Assembly (NCBI GenBank): GCA_045863855.1
Contig: BTVV01000009.1
Location: 30,398 to 94,397 of the forward strand
Length of the DNA stretch: 64,000 nt
Direction: 5' to 3'
Source of the DNA: Planctomycetota bacterium
Lineage (GTDB): Bacteria > Planctomycetota > SZUA-567 > H5-PLA8
Shown here: positions 41,937 to 51,419 of the stretch, piece after piece
How positions within the stretch are numbered: position 1 is the stretch's first letter
Layout of the letters: the number at the start of each line of letters is the position of its first letter
Position numbers and translations under genes: made by a program
The notes under the pieces: model-generated
The model's database searches: none
Told to the model about the DNA's origin: nothing
What the model saw: only the letters and a program-made list of their open reading frames with translations

Positions 41937-42061
41937 GCGGTTTCCAATAGCCGCTTTATTGCGGCAGGTTACACGATAGGCCGCCTTTTCGAGACGTCAA
42001 TCCGCTTGCATGCAATGTTTCGCTTGCCGTGTAACATAACTGAGGAAAGAGGAGGTGTCGC

Positions 42062-44491
42062 GTGCCCGCGTCCGCGGAGCGAACTTGGGCCGTTCGAGGC
42101 ATGCACTGCGCCAGTTGCGTACGTGCGGTCGAGAACGCGTTGCGCGCCGCCCCCGGCGTGCAAGCCGCTGAAGTTAACCTCGCCACGCGTTCGGCCCACG
42201 TCAAAGGAGCCATCTCTTTTGAGGCCGCGTCGAAGGCCGTTCGCGGAGCCGGGTACGCTTTGGCCGAAATCGACGCCGCCGCCGGGGCCGACGAGAGCCG
42301 CGCCGAGCTCCGCGCCGCTTGGGTTCGCCTGGCCGTCTCCGCCGCGCTGACCGTCCCCATTCTATTCACCATGTGGCCGGGCTTTGGAGATCGCTTTCCC
42401 GAGATCATGGGGTGGGGGAGCGCGCTCCTCACCACGCTGGTTCTGGCCGGCCCGGGCCGCGGTTTCTTCCTCAACGCCGCGCAACTCGCCACGCGCCTGC
42501 GCACCAATATGGATACGCTCGTCGCACTCGGAGCCGGCTCGGCCTGGAGTTACAGCGCCTACGTCCTGCTCGTGCACGGCGGGCACCACTTGTACTTCGA
42601 GTCCGCCGCCGTCATCGTCACGCTGATCTTGATGGGGCGCTGGTTCGAGGAACGCGCGCGCTTCGCCGCCGGCGATGCCGTTCGCGCCCTGATGAGCCTC
42701 GCACCGGCCACGGCCACCCTCGTCGAACCCGGCGGCGACCGCGAAGTCGCCGTCGCCGCGCTGAAAGCGGGCGATGCCGTTCGCCTCCGTCCCGGCGATC
42801 GCGTCCCCGTCGACGGCCGCGTACGTTCGGGCGAAGCCGCACTCAACGAGAGCGCCCTGACGGGCGAACCGCTTCCCGTGCGCAAGCGCCCCGGCGAGGT
42901 GCTCAGCGCCGGCGCAGTCGTCGAAGAAGGCTCGCTGATCTTCGAAGCCACGCGCGTGGGCGCCGATACCTCCCTGGCCCAGACCGTGCAAGCCGTCGAA
43001 CAGGCGCTTGGTTCCAAGGCCGACGCGCAGCGTCTGGCCGATGCCATCAGCGCCGTTTTCGTTCCGATCGTGCTCCTCCTCGCAGCCGCCACCTTCGCGG
43101 GCTGGTGGTTCGGCGGTCACGGTTTCGAGGGCGCGTTGCTCCCCGCGCTCAGCGTTTTGCTCATCGCCTGTCCCTGCGCGCTGGGGCTGGCCACGCCCAC
43201 CGTCGTGATGGTCGTCTCCGGCCGCGCGGCGCGATCCGGCATCCTCGTCTCGCGCGCCGCGGCCCTCGAACGCGCCGGCCGACTCGACACGCTGCTGTGC
43301 GACAAAACCGGCACCCTCACCGAAGGCCGCCCCGAAGTCACGTTCAGCCGCGCGCTTGCGCCCGGTGGATCGTGGCCCGCCGGTTTCCATGCGCGCTTGC
43401 GCGCCGCCGAATTTCCCAGCGAACACGCTGTCGCGCGCGCCATCGTACGCTGGTGCGAGCGCGAAGCGCCGGGAATGGTGCTCGAGGCCGAGCGCTTCGA
43501 GTCCTTCAGCGGGCGCGGCGTCCGGGCCTTTGCGGGCGGCGTCGACGTCTGCGCCGGCAGCGCCGGCTTTGTCCGAGAACGCCTCGAGCCCCAGACTGCG
43601 CTTCCCGAACTGAGCGACCTGCCGTCCGAAGCCACCGCCGCCTGGGTCGCATTCGACGGAAAGCCCGTCGCCGTGCTCGGCCTGGCCGATACCCTCCGCC
43701 CCGGCGCGGCCGATGCGCTCCGCGAACTGGCCGCCGCCGGGATCGAAGTGCACATGGCCACCGGCGACCGCGCACCCGCCGCGCGGGCCGTCGCGCGCGA
43801 ATTGATGATTCCCGCCGATCGCGTCCACGCCGAACTCACGCCCGCCGCCAAGCAGGCGCTTGTCGAAAAGCTCCGCGCCGCCGGCCGCCGCGTCGGCATG
43901 GTCGGCGACGGCATCAACGACGCGTCCGCGCTCGCTGCCGCCGAGGTCGGTTTTGCCGTCGGCTCCGGAACCGGCATCGCCATGCAAGCCGCCGACATCA
44001 CGCTCAAGCAGTCCGACATCGCCAAGGTCCTCGAAGCCGTGAACCTCGCCCGCGCCGCGCGCCGCACCATGTTGCAGAATCTCGGCTGGGCTTTCGGCTA
44101 CAACATTTTGGCGATCCCGCTGGCCGCGTTCGGCCTCCTCAATCCCATGATCGCCGCCGCCGCCATGGCCCTCTCGTCCGTCTCCGTTGTCGGCAACGCG
44201 CTGCGCCTGCGCGGCCTGCGCCGCGCCGAGCCTGTTCCGCCTGAAAAACCGGAAGCCGTTCCGGCGCACCCCAAGCCCGCACCCGCCGCCTCGATCACGC
44301 TGCCGGTCGAAGGCATGAACTGCGGGCATTGCGTCCAGACGGTCACGGATGCGCTGCGCGGCATCGACGGCGTCGCCGAAGTCGAAGTCACCCTTAACCC
44401 CGGCGCCGCGCGCGTGCGTTTCGATCCGGCGCGCGCCGACCGCGAGCGCCTCGCCGCGGCCATCCGCGGCTCCGGTTTCCAGGTGCCGTGA
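42062..44491 (+). CDS. copA: P1B-1 type Cu(I)-translocating P-type ATPase with N- and C-terminal HMA domains
   Basis: GMHCASC, TGE, CPCALGLATP, DKTGT, GDGIND, YN and MxxSS transmembrane motifs, and a C-terminal GMNCGHC. RBS gaggagg precedes the GTG start. Confidence 0.9.
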   Translation: MPASAERTWAVRGMHCASCVRAVENALRAAPGVQAAEVNLATRSAHVKGAISFEAASKAVRGAGYALAEIDAAAGADESRAELRAAWVRLAVSAALTVPILFTMWPGFGDRFPEIMGWGSALLTTLVLAGPGRGFFLNAAQLATRLRTNMDTLVALGAGSAWSYSAYVLLVHGGHHLYFESAAVIVTLILMGRWFEERARFAAGDAVRALMSLAPATATLVEPGGDREVAVAALKAGDAVRLRPGDRVPVDGRVRSGEAALNESALTGEPLPVRKRPGEVLSAGAVVEEGSLIFEATRVGADTSLAQTVQAVEQALGSKADAQRLADAISAVFVPIVLLLAAATFAGWWFGGHGFEGALLPALSVLLIACPCALGLATPTVVMVVSGRAARSGILVSRAAALERAGRLDTLLCDKTGTLTEGRPEVTFSRALAPGGSWPAGFHARLRAAEFPSEHAVARAIVRWCEREAPGMVLEAERFESFSGRGVRAFAGGVDVCAGSAGFVRERLEPQTALPELSDLPSEATAAWVAFDGKPVAVLGLADTLRPGAADALRELAAAGIEVHMATGDRAPAARAVARELMIPADRVHAELTPAAKQALVEKLRAAGRRVGMVGDGINDASALAAAEVGFAVGSGTGIAMQAADITLKQSDIAKVLEAVNLARAARRTMLQNLGWAFGYNILAIPLAAFGLLNPMIAAAAMALSSVSVVGNALRLRGLRRAEPVPPEKPEAVPAHPKPAPAASITLPVEGMNCGHCVQTVTDALRGIDGVAEVEVTLNPGAARVRFDPARADRERLAAAIRGSGFQVP

Positions 44492-44549
44492 TATCCTTGC
44501 GCGCCGCCCGCGCCGCGGCCAAAATGGCTGACTCGTACCCTTCGCCTCC

Positions 44550-45809
44550 GTGGATGCCCACCCTTTGAAGAACGTCTGGCTGCTCGCCACCGTCTCGTTC
44601 CTGTACGGCGTCGCGATCGGCACCTGGGCCACCGCCACGCCACAGGCCTGCCTCGAACTGCGCTTCTCCAGCGAGCAACTCGGCCTCATCGGGTCCGGGC
44701 CGGCCGTCGGTTATGCGCTCAGTTGCCTGATCTTGGGGCAGCTTTGCCGAGGACTGCGCGGTAAGCACGTCCTGCTGGCCGGCGTCGCGATTTCGCTCGC
44801 CGCGGCCGTCTGGATGAGCCAGGCGAGCGATGCCTCCGGCGCCACCGCCGCGCAACTCTTGCTCGGGCTGGCCGCCGGAGCGTTCTGGCCGTTTTGCAGC
44901 GCCTGGATGCTCGACTTTCAGTGCGAAGGCATCTCCAAATCGCGCATTCTGCGATTCTACAACTTGGGCTGGACTTCCGGGACGATGCTCGGTTTTCTCG
45001 TTGGAGGATGGCTTTGCGCGGCCGGCATCGTGCTTGGCGCGTTCCTGGCCTGCGCGGCGCTCTTCGGAGTGGTCCTCGTGCTTTCTCTTTTCCCAAGCGG
45101 CACCTCGCCGCGGCACGCCGAAGTCCTGCCTACCCAGCAGCGCCGCGCCGTCGAAGCCGCCCGCGAAGTAGCGCACCCCGTCGGCTGGGCGCTCTTTGCC
45201 GCCGCCGCGCTCGCCAACCTTGCCGCTCTCGCCGGGCGCGCCATCGTCAACGTCAACTACGCCGAACTGAACGAAGTCTACGGCTACGGCAAGGATCGCA
45301 TGGGCTACCTCGGCGCCGCCAGCCTCGCCGGGCAGATGCTCGCCTTCGCCATGGGCCGCTGGTACGAACCTTACCTCGGCCTGCGCCGCACCTATTTCGC
45401 GCTCGGCGCGGTCCTTGCGGCGGTCAGCCTGGCGCTCGCCTACGTCGAAAACCTCCCGCTGCTGCTTCTGCTCGTCGTACTCGTCGGCTTTGTCCTCGCC
45501 CTGGCCTTTCAATCCGGCATCGTCGCCGCGACCGGATTCTTCGCCTCGCCGCGCACCGGAACCACCGTCCACGAAGCCGTCGTCGGACTCGGCACCATGG
45601 CCCCCCTCCTGGCCGGCGTGGTCGTCCAATGGGCCAAGGAGTCGGGCTGGGAAACCCGCGAAGCCCTCCGCGCCCCCTTTGCCGTGCTCGCCCTAACGGC
45701 CCTCCTCATCGCCGTCGTCCAAGCTCTGCTGGTCTCGAAGCAGCCCGAACGCCGCGCGCTCCTGGCCGGCGATGTGCACGCCGCGAAAGCCGCCGGAAAT
45801 GTGGACTGA
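44550..45809 (+). CDS. MFS transporter
   Basis: About 12 hydrophobic helices in two halves separated by a hydrophilic central loop. Confidence 0.75.
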   Translation: MDAHPLKNVWLLATVSFLYGVAIGTWATATPQACLELRFSSEQLGLIGSGPAVGYALSCLILGQLCRGLRGKHVLLAGVAISLAAAVWMSQASDASGATAAQLLLGLAAGAFWPFCSAWMLDFQCEGISKSRILRFYNLGWTSGTMLGFLVGGWLCAAGIVLGAFLACAALFGVVLVLSLFPSGTSPRHAEVLPTQQRRAVEAAREVAHPVGWALFAAAALANLAALAGRAIVNVNYAELNEVYGYGKDRMGYLGAASLAGQMLAFAMGRWYEPYLGLRRTYFALGAVLAAVSLALAYVENLPLLLLLVVLVGFVLALAFQSGIVAATGFFASPRTGTTVHEAVVGLGTMAPLLAGVVVQWAKESGWETREALRAPFAVLALTALLIAVVQALLVSKQPERRALLAGDVHAAKAAGNVD

Positions 45810-45891
45810 ACAGGCTATCTTTAAGAGTTGCCCCGACCCGTTCTGCCGATAAAAGGATAGAGCGGTTTTTCTGCGGCATCGGAGCAGGCGC

Positions 45892-46839
45892 GTGGCACGC
45901 TGGTACTACTACCCGGGCGAAGAGTCCAACGTCCTTCAGAAGCTGCGCAACCGCATCTTCCGAAAGCCCGTGCCCGACTTTCCCAAAACGATCCTGATCG
46001 AGACCCAGTTCGGCTGCAACGCCGGCTGCGTCTTCTGCCAGTACCCGCAGATCAAGGACGACCTGCCCCGCGGGCGCATGACCAACGCCACCTTCGAGAA
46101 GATCGCCAAAGAGTGCGGCGGGCGCGGCGTCGAACGCTTCATCCTGGCGCTCGACAACGAGCCGCTCATGGACGGCGGCATCGTCGAGAAGTACAAGCTC
46201 CTCCAGCGCCACTGCCCCGACGCCAAGCGCAACCTCACCAGCAACGGCTCGCTCTTTACCGACAAGAAGATCGAGGAACTTCTCGGCAGCGGCGCCGTCA
46301 ACGAAGTCTTCCTCTCGATCAACGGTTATACGAAAGAGACCTACGAAGCGCTGATGAAGCTCCCGTTCGAGAAGAGCATGGAAGCCATCGAACGCTTCTG
46401 CGCGTACCTCCGCGCCCATCCCCAAGTGCGCCGCAACCTCGACATCGCGGTCAAGGTCGTGAACACGAAGAAGGTCCAGCCCGAACTGGAAAAGATGCGC
46501 GAAAAATGGGAGCGCCAGGAAGGCTTCCGCTTCCTCGTCCTCGACATGGACAACCGCGGCGACCAGCTCGATATGGGCCAGGAATCAGTCCTCGCCGCCG
46601 AAGAGATGAAGCCCAACACCACCTGCCGCCGCCCGTTCCACACGCTGGTCCTCTCGTGGGAAGGTTACGCGGTCATCTGTTGCGTCGATTACATGCGCGA
46701 AGTCAAACTCGGCAACGTGCACGAACAGTCGGTTTACGAGATCTGGAACGGTCCCTATTTCACGAAGATGCGGCAGGAATACCTGGCCGCCGATTTCACG
46801 AACCTCAAGCCGTGCCGGACCTGTAAGATCAACAACTGA
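45892..46839 (+). CDS. Radical SAM protein with C-terminal SPASM/twitch domain
   Basis: CNAGCVFC (CxxxCxxC), NEPL and TSNGS. Twitch motif CRRPF...ICC...LGN...IWNG...CRTC. Confidence 0.9.
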   Translation: MARWYYYPGEESNVLQKLRNRIFRKPVPDFPKTILIETQFGCNAGCVFCQYPQIKDDLPRGRMTNATFEKIAKECGGRGVERFILALDNEPLMDGGIVEKYKLLQRHCPDAKRNLTSNGSLFTDKKIEELLGSGAVNEVFLSINGYTKETYEALMKLPFEKSMEAIERFCAYLRAHPQVRRNLDIAVKVVNTKKVQPELEKMREKWERQEGFRFLVLDMDNRGDQLDMGQESVLAAEEMKPNTTCRRPFHTLVLSWEGYAVICCVDYMREVKLGNVHEQSVYEIWNGPYFTKMRQEYLAADFTNLKPCRTCKINN

Positions 46840-47053
46840 CCCGCACGCCGCGAGGGCGTGCCGCGTCACCGGTTATGGGTAGGGCCGTAGCATTCGAACC
46901 TGCCGTTCACCCTCCCGAAATGCGGGAAGGGCGGAGGAGGTGACCCGAAAGCGCGCGAAGCGAATCCTGAACATTCCATCCGAACCGGGCCGCCTGTTCC
47001 CAAGGGATACGGGCGGCGCTGCGCAGATCCATTTGTTCCGCGGTGCACACTTC

Positions 47054-47216
47054 GGGCCGCTAACAAAACCTGCGTCGAGGCGGCTGCGCCGCGCCGGTCA
47101 AGCGGGACAAAGGGCGAAGAAGCCGGATCGGAGCGAGCATCCGGCGCCTGAGCCTGATGAAGTCCCGCAAAAGACCGCCGCAACCAGACGACCCATGATG
47201 GTTTCGTTAATGGCTC
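47054..47216. mobile_element. MITE-like / long palindromic intergenic element (~163 bp)
   Basis: Imperfect terminal inverted repeats gggccgctaacaaaacc (47054-47070) and ggtttcgttaatggctc (47200-47216). Nested internal inverted pairs: gtcg/cgac, cggtc/gaccg, gcgggac/gtcccgc and gccggat/atccggc. No ORF. Confidence 0.55.
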
Positions 47217-47236
47217 TTATTCGGGAGGAGGCCCAG

Positions 47237-47941
47237 ATGAACAAAGCCGAAGCCCTGAAGGCCCTCGAACGCGCGGGATCCGAACAGACGCGCAAAACCT
47301 ACGCCCGCCATGGCGTCAAAGGCCCGATGTTCGGCGTCAGCTACGCCGAACTCGGCAAACTCGCCAAACAGATCAAGACCGATCAGCGCCTCGCCGAACA
47401 GCTCTGGACCAGCAAGAACCACGACGCCCGCGTCCTCGCGACCATGATCGCCGACCCCGCTTCCTCGCGCGCGCCCTTGCTAAAGGATTGGCTCAAGGAC
47501 GTGGACAATAACGTCCTGGTCGATGCGCTCTCCAAGGTCGCCGGAAAAAGCCCCGACGCCGCCAAACTCGCCGCGCAGTGGATCAAGACCAAAGCCGAAT
47601 GGTCCAGCGCCGCCGGCTGGGCCGTCCTGTCCGTCCTGCTTTGCGAGGAGCAGGACCTGCCCGAAGACGAATTGGCCGAGCGCATCGCGCAGATCGAACG
47701 CGAGATTCACAAAGCGCCCAACCGGACGCGCCACACCATGAACATGGCGCTGATCAACATCGGCACGCGCGGCGGCAAGCTCCAGGAACTGGCCATCGCC
47801 GCCGCCGGCCGCATCGGAAAAGTCGAGATCGATCACGGCGAGACCGAGTGCAAGACGCCCGATGCCGTCGAGTACATCCGCAAAGTCATGGCCTACCGCG
47901 AAAACAGGGGACTGCCCGGACGCAAACGCGCCGGCTGCTGA
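47237..47941 (+). CDS. DNA alkylation repair protein (AlkD-like HEAT repeat family)
   Basis: RBS ggagg before the ATG at 47237. FGVSYAELGKLAKQIKTD..LAEQLW...DARVLA and GKVEIDHGETECKTPDA. Confidence 0.82.
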   Translation: MNKAEALKALERAGSEQTRKTYARHGVKGPMFGVSYAELGKLAKQIKTDQRLAEQLWTSKNHDARVLATMIADPASSRAPLLKDWLKDVDNNVLVDALSKVAGKSPDAAKLAAQWIKTKAEWSSAAGWAVLSVLLCEEQDLPEDELAERIAQIEREIHKAPNRTRHTMNMALINIGTRGGKLQELAIAAAGRIGKVEIDHGETECKTPDAVEYIRKVMAYRENRGLPGRKRAGC

Positions 47942-48046
47942 AGCCCCCGCCAGCGGCGCGAATATTCGGGCCGTGACAAAACAAACCGGCCATCGGCCGT
48001 CTATCGCTCGATAGGGCCATACGTCGCCCTATGCCCTCGGTCGCCT

Positions 48047-48067
48047 CCCCTCCTTGCTAAAGAGGGG
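48047..48067. repeat. REP-like GC-rich hairpin between convergent genes
   Basis: cccctcctt-gct-aaagagggg. Further small inverted repeats nearby (ctatcg-ct-cgatag at 48001-48014). Confidence 0.4.
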
Positions 48068-48162
48068 CAGGGGAGGTGACACAACCCGTTCGCACGAAGC
48101 GCGCTCCCAAACCCTAAAGACCTGCGCGAGTTCGCGGGGAACGTGCCTCTTCCTCGATGGCT

Positions 48163-48915
48163 TCAAACACTCGCCCGCAGCAACGGGTGGTGGAAATCCA
48201 CCCGCATCGGCTCCCCCTTGCGGTCCCGCGTCCCCGGCGTCATGAAGTGGATCGCAAACGCCCGCCGCGGCCGGTCCGTCGTGTTCGGAGCGGTGTAATG
48301 CAGCGTCTGGCAGTGGTGGAACATCGCGCCCCCCGCCGGCAGATCCACCACCACGGCCTTCGACTCGTCCACGTCTTTGATCTTGAGCAGCGCGTTCGTC
48401 TCTTCGTTCTTGTCGTGCCAGACCGGTTTCAAATGGCTCCCCGGGATCACCTGCATCGCGCCGTTCGCCACGTCCGCGTCGTCCAGCGTCATCCAGCAGC
48501 TCACCAGGTTCGCCGGCCGGCAGCGCCAGTACCCGTTGTCCTGGTGCCAGCTCACCGCGCCGCCCGTCCGCGCGGGCTTCGAAAGCGCCTGGTCGTGGAA
48601 GAGCATGATGTTCGGGCCGATCAGATCCTGCACCGCGTCGAGGATGCGCGTGTCGTACAGCAGCTTCCGGAACGCGAGACTCCGCTCGCACATCTGGCAG
48701 ATCTGCAGCATCTGCTTCGTCGCCGAGGCCTTCTGCTTCGCGTCCCCGCCGTCGTCCAGGGACAAGTTGCGGAACGAATTGCCTTCCACCGCCTGCCGGA
48801 AGACCTCGTCGTACTCCGCCCGCAACGCCTCTATTTCCTTGGGCTCCAGCAGCGGACCGTACTTCAAGTACCCCTGCGCCGCGAAGAAATCGAGCTGTTC
48901 CTGACTGAGCGCCAT
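48163..48915 (-). CDS. Phytanoyl-CoA dioxygenase (PhyH) family Fe(II)/2-oxoglutarate dioxygenase
   Basis: WHQDNGYW (HxD), NGAMQVIPGSH, FHHCQTLH and the distal RRA. ATG at 48915 with an upstream aaagg RBS. Confidence 0.9.
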   Translation of the reverse strand: MALSQEQLDFFAAQGYLKYGPLLEPKEIEALRAEYDEVFRQAVEGNSFRNLSLDDGGDAKQKASATKQMLQICQMCERSLAFRKLLYDTRILDAVQDLIGPNIMLFHDQALSKPARTGGAVSWHQDNGYWRCRPANLVSCWMTLDDADVANGAMQVIPGSHLKPVWHDKNEETNALLKIKDVDESKAVVVDLPAGGAMFHHCQTLHYTAPNTTDRPRRAFAIHFMTPGTRDRKGEPMRVDFHHPLLRASV

Positions 48916-49134
48916 GGCCGCACCTTTCTGAAATGTACCCACGCGAAAAGGCCGTGAGCGGTGAACCAGGGGCTGTCCTATAGGCTCAAGCCCTACCCTG
49001 GCGTCCGCCGCTTACTCTTGCCTCTTCTCTTATTACGCCTTCCCGTTCCCCCATCTAACCCCATCCCCCCTTGCCGGGGAATGGACCGGCATGGTAAAAA
49101 CCTATCTGAAATTCACATACCGGGATCCTGCCCC

Positions 49135-50007
49135 ATGCCCGACGAAGCCGACTTCCTGCACCGCATCGACGCCGGCTGGGCCGCGCTGCCGCCCGGGGCC
49201 ACTTACGGGCCGCGCCGCGTCAACCACTACCAGTTCCTCTACATCGAGGCCGGCGACGCCGTGGCCGAACTCGACGGCCGCACGTACGACGCCCCCGCCG
49301 GCACGATGATCCTGCTCCATCCGGGCATGACCGATTACTACCGCTGGGATCCCGTCCGCCACACAAAGGCCAGCTACATCCATTGGCAGATGCGCGCGCC
49401 CTTGGCCGAGTTGCCGCCGCGCGAAGCCTGGCCGCGGGCCGTGCGCCTGCCCGAAAGCGACATCGTCCGGCCGCTCTTCCGGCACCTGGGCTGGCTCATG
49501 GATCGCGAGGGGCCGCACCAAGCCGCGCTGCTGCAAAGCGCGCTGCGGCATCTGTTGGTAGCCTTCGTCAGCGGCGAACTGCACACACGCGCCGAAAGCA
49601 GCGGCGATCTGCCCGAACCCGTCGCGCGCGCGCTGCGGCACGTCCAGGCGCGCTGGAACGAAGGGTCCGTCTCGGCCTTCACGCTCGCGCAGCTTGCCCG
49701 GGCGGCCCACGTCAGTTCCGGGCACCTCTGCCGCGTCTTCAAGCAGACCCTCGGCTGCGGCCCGCTTCAGGCCTTGCGCCTGATCCGCGTCGACCGCGCC
49801 GCGACGCTCCTCGCCCGCACCAACCTGCCCGTCCGCGAAATCGCTCGCCAGACCGGCTTCGAGAACGCCTTCCACTTTTCGCGCTGCTTCCGCGAAGCCT
49901 TCCGCATGCCGCCCCGCGAATACCGCCTCAAAGCCGTCGCCGGCCAGATCGTCCCCTCCACCCGCCTCATGAACGTCCGCCGCATCATGGGCCCGGCGTG
50001 GGCGTGA
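49135..50007 (+). CDS. AraC family transcriptional regulator (cupin sensor + double HTH)
   Basis: LAQLARAAHVSSGHLCRVFK and IARQTGFENAFHFSRCFREAFRMPPREYR. Start is approximate. Confidence 0.92.
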   Translation: MPDEADFLHRIDAGWAALPPGATYGPRRVNHYQFLYIEAGDAVAELDGRTYDAPAGTMILLHPGMTDYYRWDPVRHTKASYIHWQMRAPLAELPPREAWPRAVRLPESDIVRPLFRHLGWLMDREGPHQAALLQSALRHLLVAFVSGELHTRAESSGDLPEPVARALRHVQARWNEGSVSAFTLAQLARAAHVSSGHLCRVFKQTLGCGPLQALRLIRVDRAATLLARTNLPVREIARQTGFENAFHFSRCFREAFRMPPREYRLKAVAGQIVPSTRLMNVRRIMGPAWA

Positions 50008-50010
50008 CGT

Positions 50011-50040
50011 GCATTTGGGTTTTGGATTCTGGATTTTGGA
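50011..50040. repeat. Short heptameric (TTTGGAT-like) tandem repeat; reverse-complement copy at the window end
   Basis: ggattctggattttgga (50024-50040) is the exact reverse complement of tccaaaatccagaatcc (63983-63999). Confidence 0.6.
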
Positions 50041-50063
50041 GGGTGCGCCGAGGACGGGGGCAA

Positions 50064-50350
50064 TCACCGCAGAGCCGCAAAGGGCGCAGAGTAAGGCAGG
50101 ACGAATGCAGAAATCATCCCAGGAAGCGACACCTGAATAGAAGAATTGAACGCGGCAGTCTTATGCCACGGCCAGGCAGTTGGTAAGCCGCGAAGCCGTT
50201 GACCCTCCTCCACCGTTTGTTTCTGTGCGTTCCGTGGTGAAATCCCCCCAAAGAAAACCGCCCCGGCTCTCGCGAACCGGGGCGGCTGTAGCATCTTCAA
50301 GTCGTTCCTAAGTCCCGACGTTCTCTGCGTCCTTCGTGCCTCCACGGTGA
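50064..50350. repeat. Pair of 28-bp imperfect inverted repeats bracketing the AraC/PhyH convergent intergenic region
   Basis: tcaccgcagagccgcaaagggcgcagag (50064-50091) versus ctctgcgtccttcgtgcctccacggtga (50323-50350), about 22/28 complementary. A related half-site lies at 50222-50240. Confidence 0.55.
50250..50285 (-). terminator. Rho-independent terminator for the minus-strand PhyH gene
   Basis: Stem ccgccccgg / ccggggcgg (50258-50285), followed on the minus strand by ttttcttt. Confidence 0.65.
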
Positions 50351-50357
50351 AAATGCC

Positions 50358-51272
50358 TTACACGCCCCATTCCTTCCGCGCGTCGGCCATCGACTTCGTC
50401 TGCCCCTTCTGCCACGCGTAATGGGCGATCGGATTCTGGCCGATCCAGCGCTCGTCCACCGGATCCTTCAACGGCTGGTAGCGCGTATCGCAGCTCAGCC
50501 GGTAGCGGTCTTTCTGGTTCGTGATCGAACCGTGCATCGTGTACATCCCGAAGATCAGCACGTCGCCCATGCGGAATTCCGTCGTCGCGAAGCGTCCGCC
50601 GAATTGGTCCACCATCTCCACCGGATCGTCGCTGAACCAGCCCTGCACCTTGTCGCGGTCCACATCCATCTTCCCGTACGTCGCGCGCAGCTTCGCGTAG
50701 CTCTCCAGATTGTGCGAACCCAGCAGCAGCGCCAGCGGGCCGTCTTCGTAGCCGATGTCGCCCAGCGGCGTCCAGACCGTATGCAGCCGTTCGCTGCCCC
50801 GGCCCATGTACACCACGTCGTAGTGCGCGCCCGTGTACCCGCCCTTGCCGACCGCGCGAATCCACTTGTAGTCGAACGTCAGGCTCGGCTCGCCCAGATA
50901 CTTGTCGAAGAAACCCATGATCTCCGGCGACTCGACGACCCCCAAGAACTCCGGCGTGTGCGAGACCGCCTTCGCGCCGCCCAAAAATCCGCCCCGCGCG
51001 CCTTCCTTGATCACGCCGTCCATCAGCGCAAAGTCCAGATTCACCTGGTCGTTCTGGGCAAGGTTCTCCAGCAGCACCTTCCGCGCAGCGATCACCTTCT
51101 CGCGATGCTGCAAGCCCCGCAGCAGCAAGTAGCCGTCTTCGGCCATCCGCGCGCGCAGCGCTTCGGGGTTGTCTTGAATATCGTTGCTGTCGCGCAGGTG
51201 GCCCAGGTACTTGCCGCCCAGTTCGAGCTGGCGCTGGCCCATGGGAAGCGTAAGTCCGGTGGCGGTGCTCAT
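50358..51272 (-). CDS. PhyH family Fe(II)/2OG dioxygenase (second, divergent subfamily)
   Basis: DGYLLLRG, GAHYDVVY (HxD), VWTPLGD, LLGSH, MHGS and RLSCDTRYQP. ATG at 51272 with an upstream ggag. Confidence 0.88.
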   Translation of the reverse strand: MSTATGLTLPMGQRQLELGGKYLGHLRDSNDIQDNPEALRARMAEDGYLLLRGLQHREKVIAARKVLLENLAQNDQVNLDFALMDGVIKEGARGGFLGGAKAVSHTPEFLGVVESPEIMGFFDKYLGEPSLTFDYKWIRAVGKGGYTGAHYDVVYMGRGSERLHTVWTPLGDIGYEDGPLALLLGSHNLESYAKLRATYGKMDVDRDKVQGWFSDDPVEMVDQFGGRFATTEFRMGDVLIFGMYTMHGSITNQKDRYRLSCDTRYQPLKDPVDERWIGQNPIAHYAWQKGQTKSMADARKEWGV

Positions 51273-51419
51273 GGCGTTTCGAGTCTCCGGTCGGGTTCGG
51301 GGCGGGCTGGACGAAATGACCTTATTTCTTGCCAACCGCCTTGGTGCCATTCATACTATTCCCTTAATGGAGCCCCCGGAATGGATAGGGTGCTCCAACT
51401 ACCTGGACTTTTTGCTCAT

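Noticed and set aside
42319..44689. 641-aa and 775-aa alternative-frame ORFs over copA
   Set aside because: Arg/Gly-rich frame-shadow translations. The copA frame has all the P-type ATPase motifs.
45892..46839. RiPP biosynthetic cluster around the radical SAM/SPASM gene
   Set aside because: No precursor peptide, RRE/PqqD domain or peptidase nearby. The short twitch-type domain is common outside RiPP pathways.
47153..47180. Hammerhead ribozyme (CTGATGA core)
   Set aside because: The required GAAA after stem II is absent, and the segment is better explained as part of the larger palindromic element.
46940..47236. N-terminal extension of the AlkD-like ORF (333-aa version)
   Set aside because: The extension runs through the palindromic element, and a strong GGAGG RBS supports the ATG at 47237.
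50421..51380. 637-aa AraC ORF with a long N-terminal extension
   Set aside because: The extension is antisense to the well-supported PhyH gene. The real start is at 51381 or 51420.
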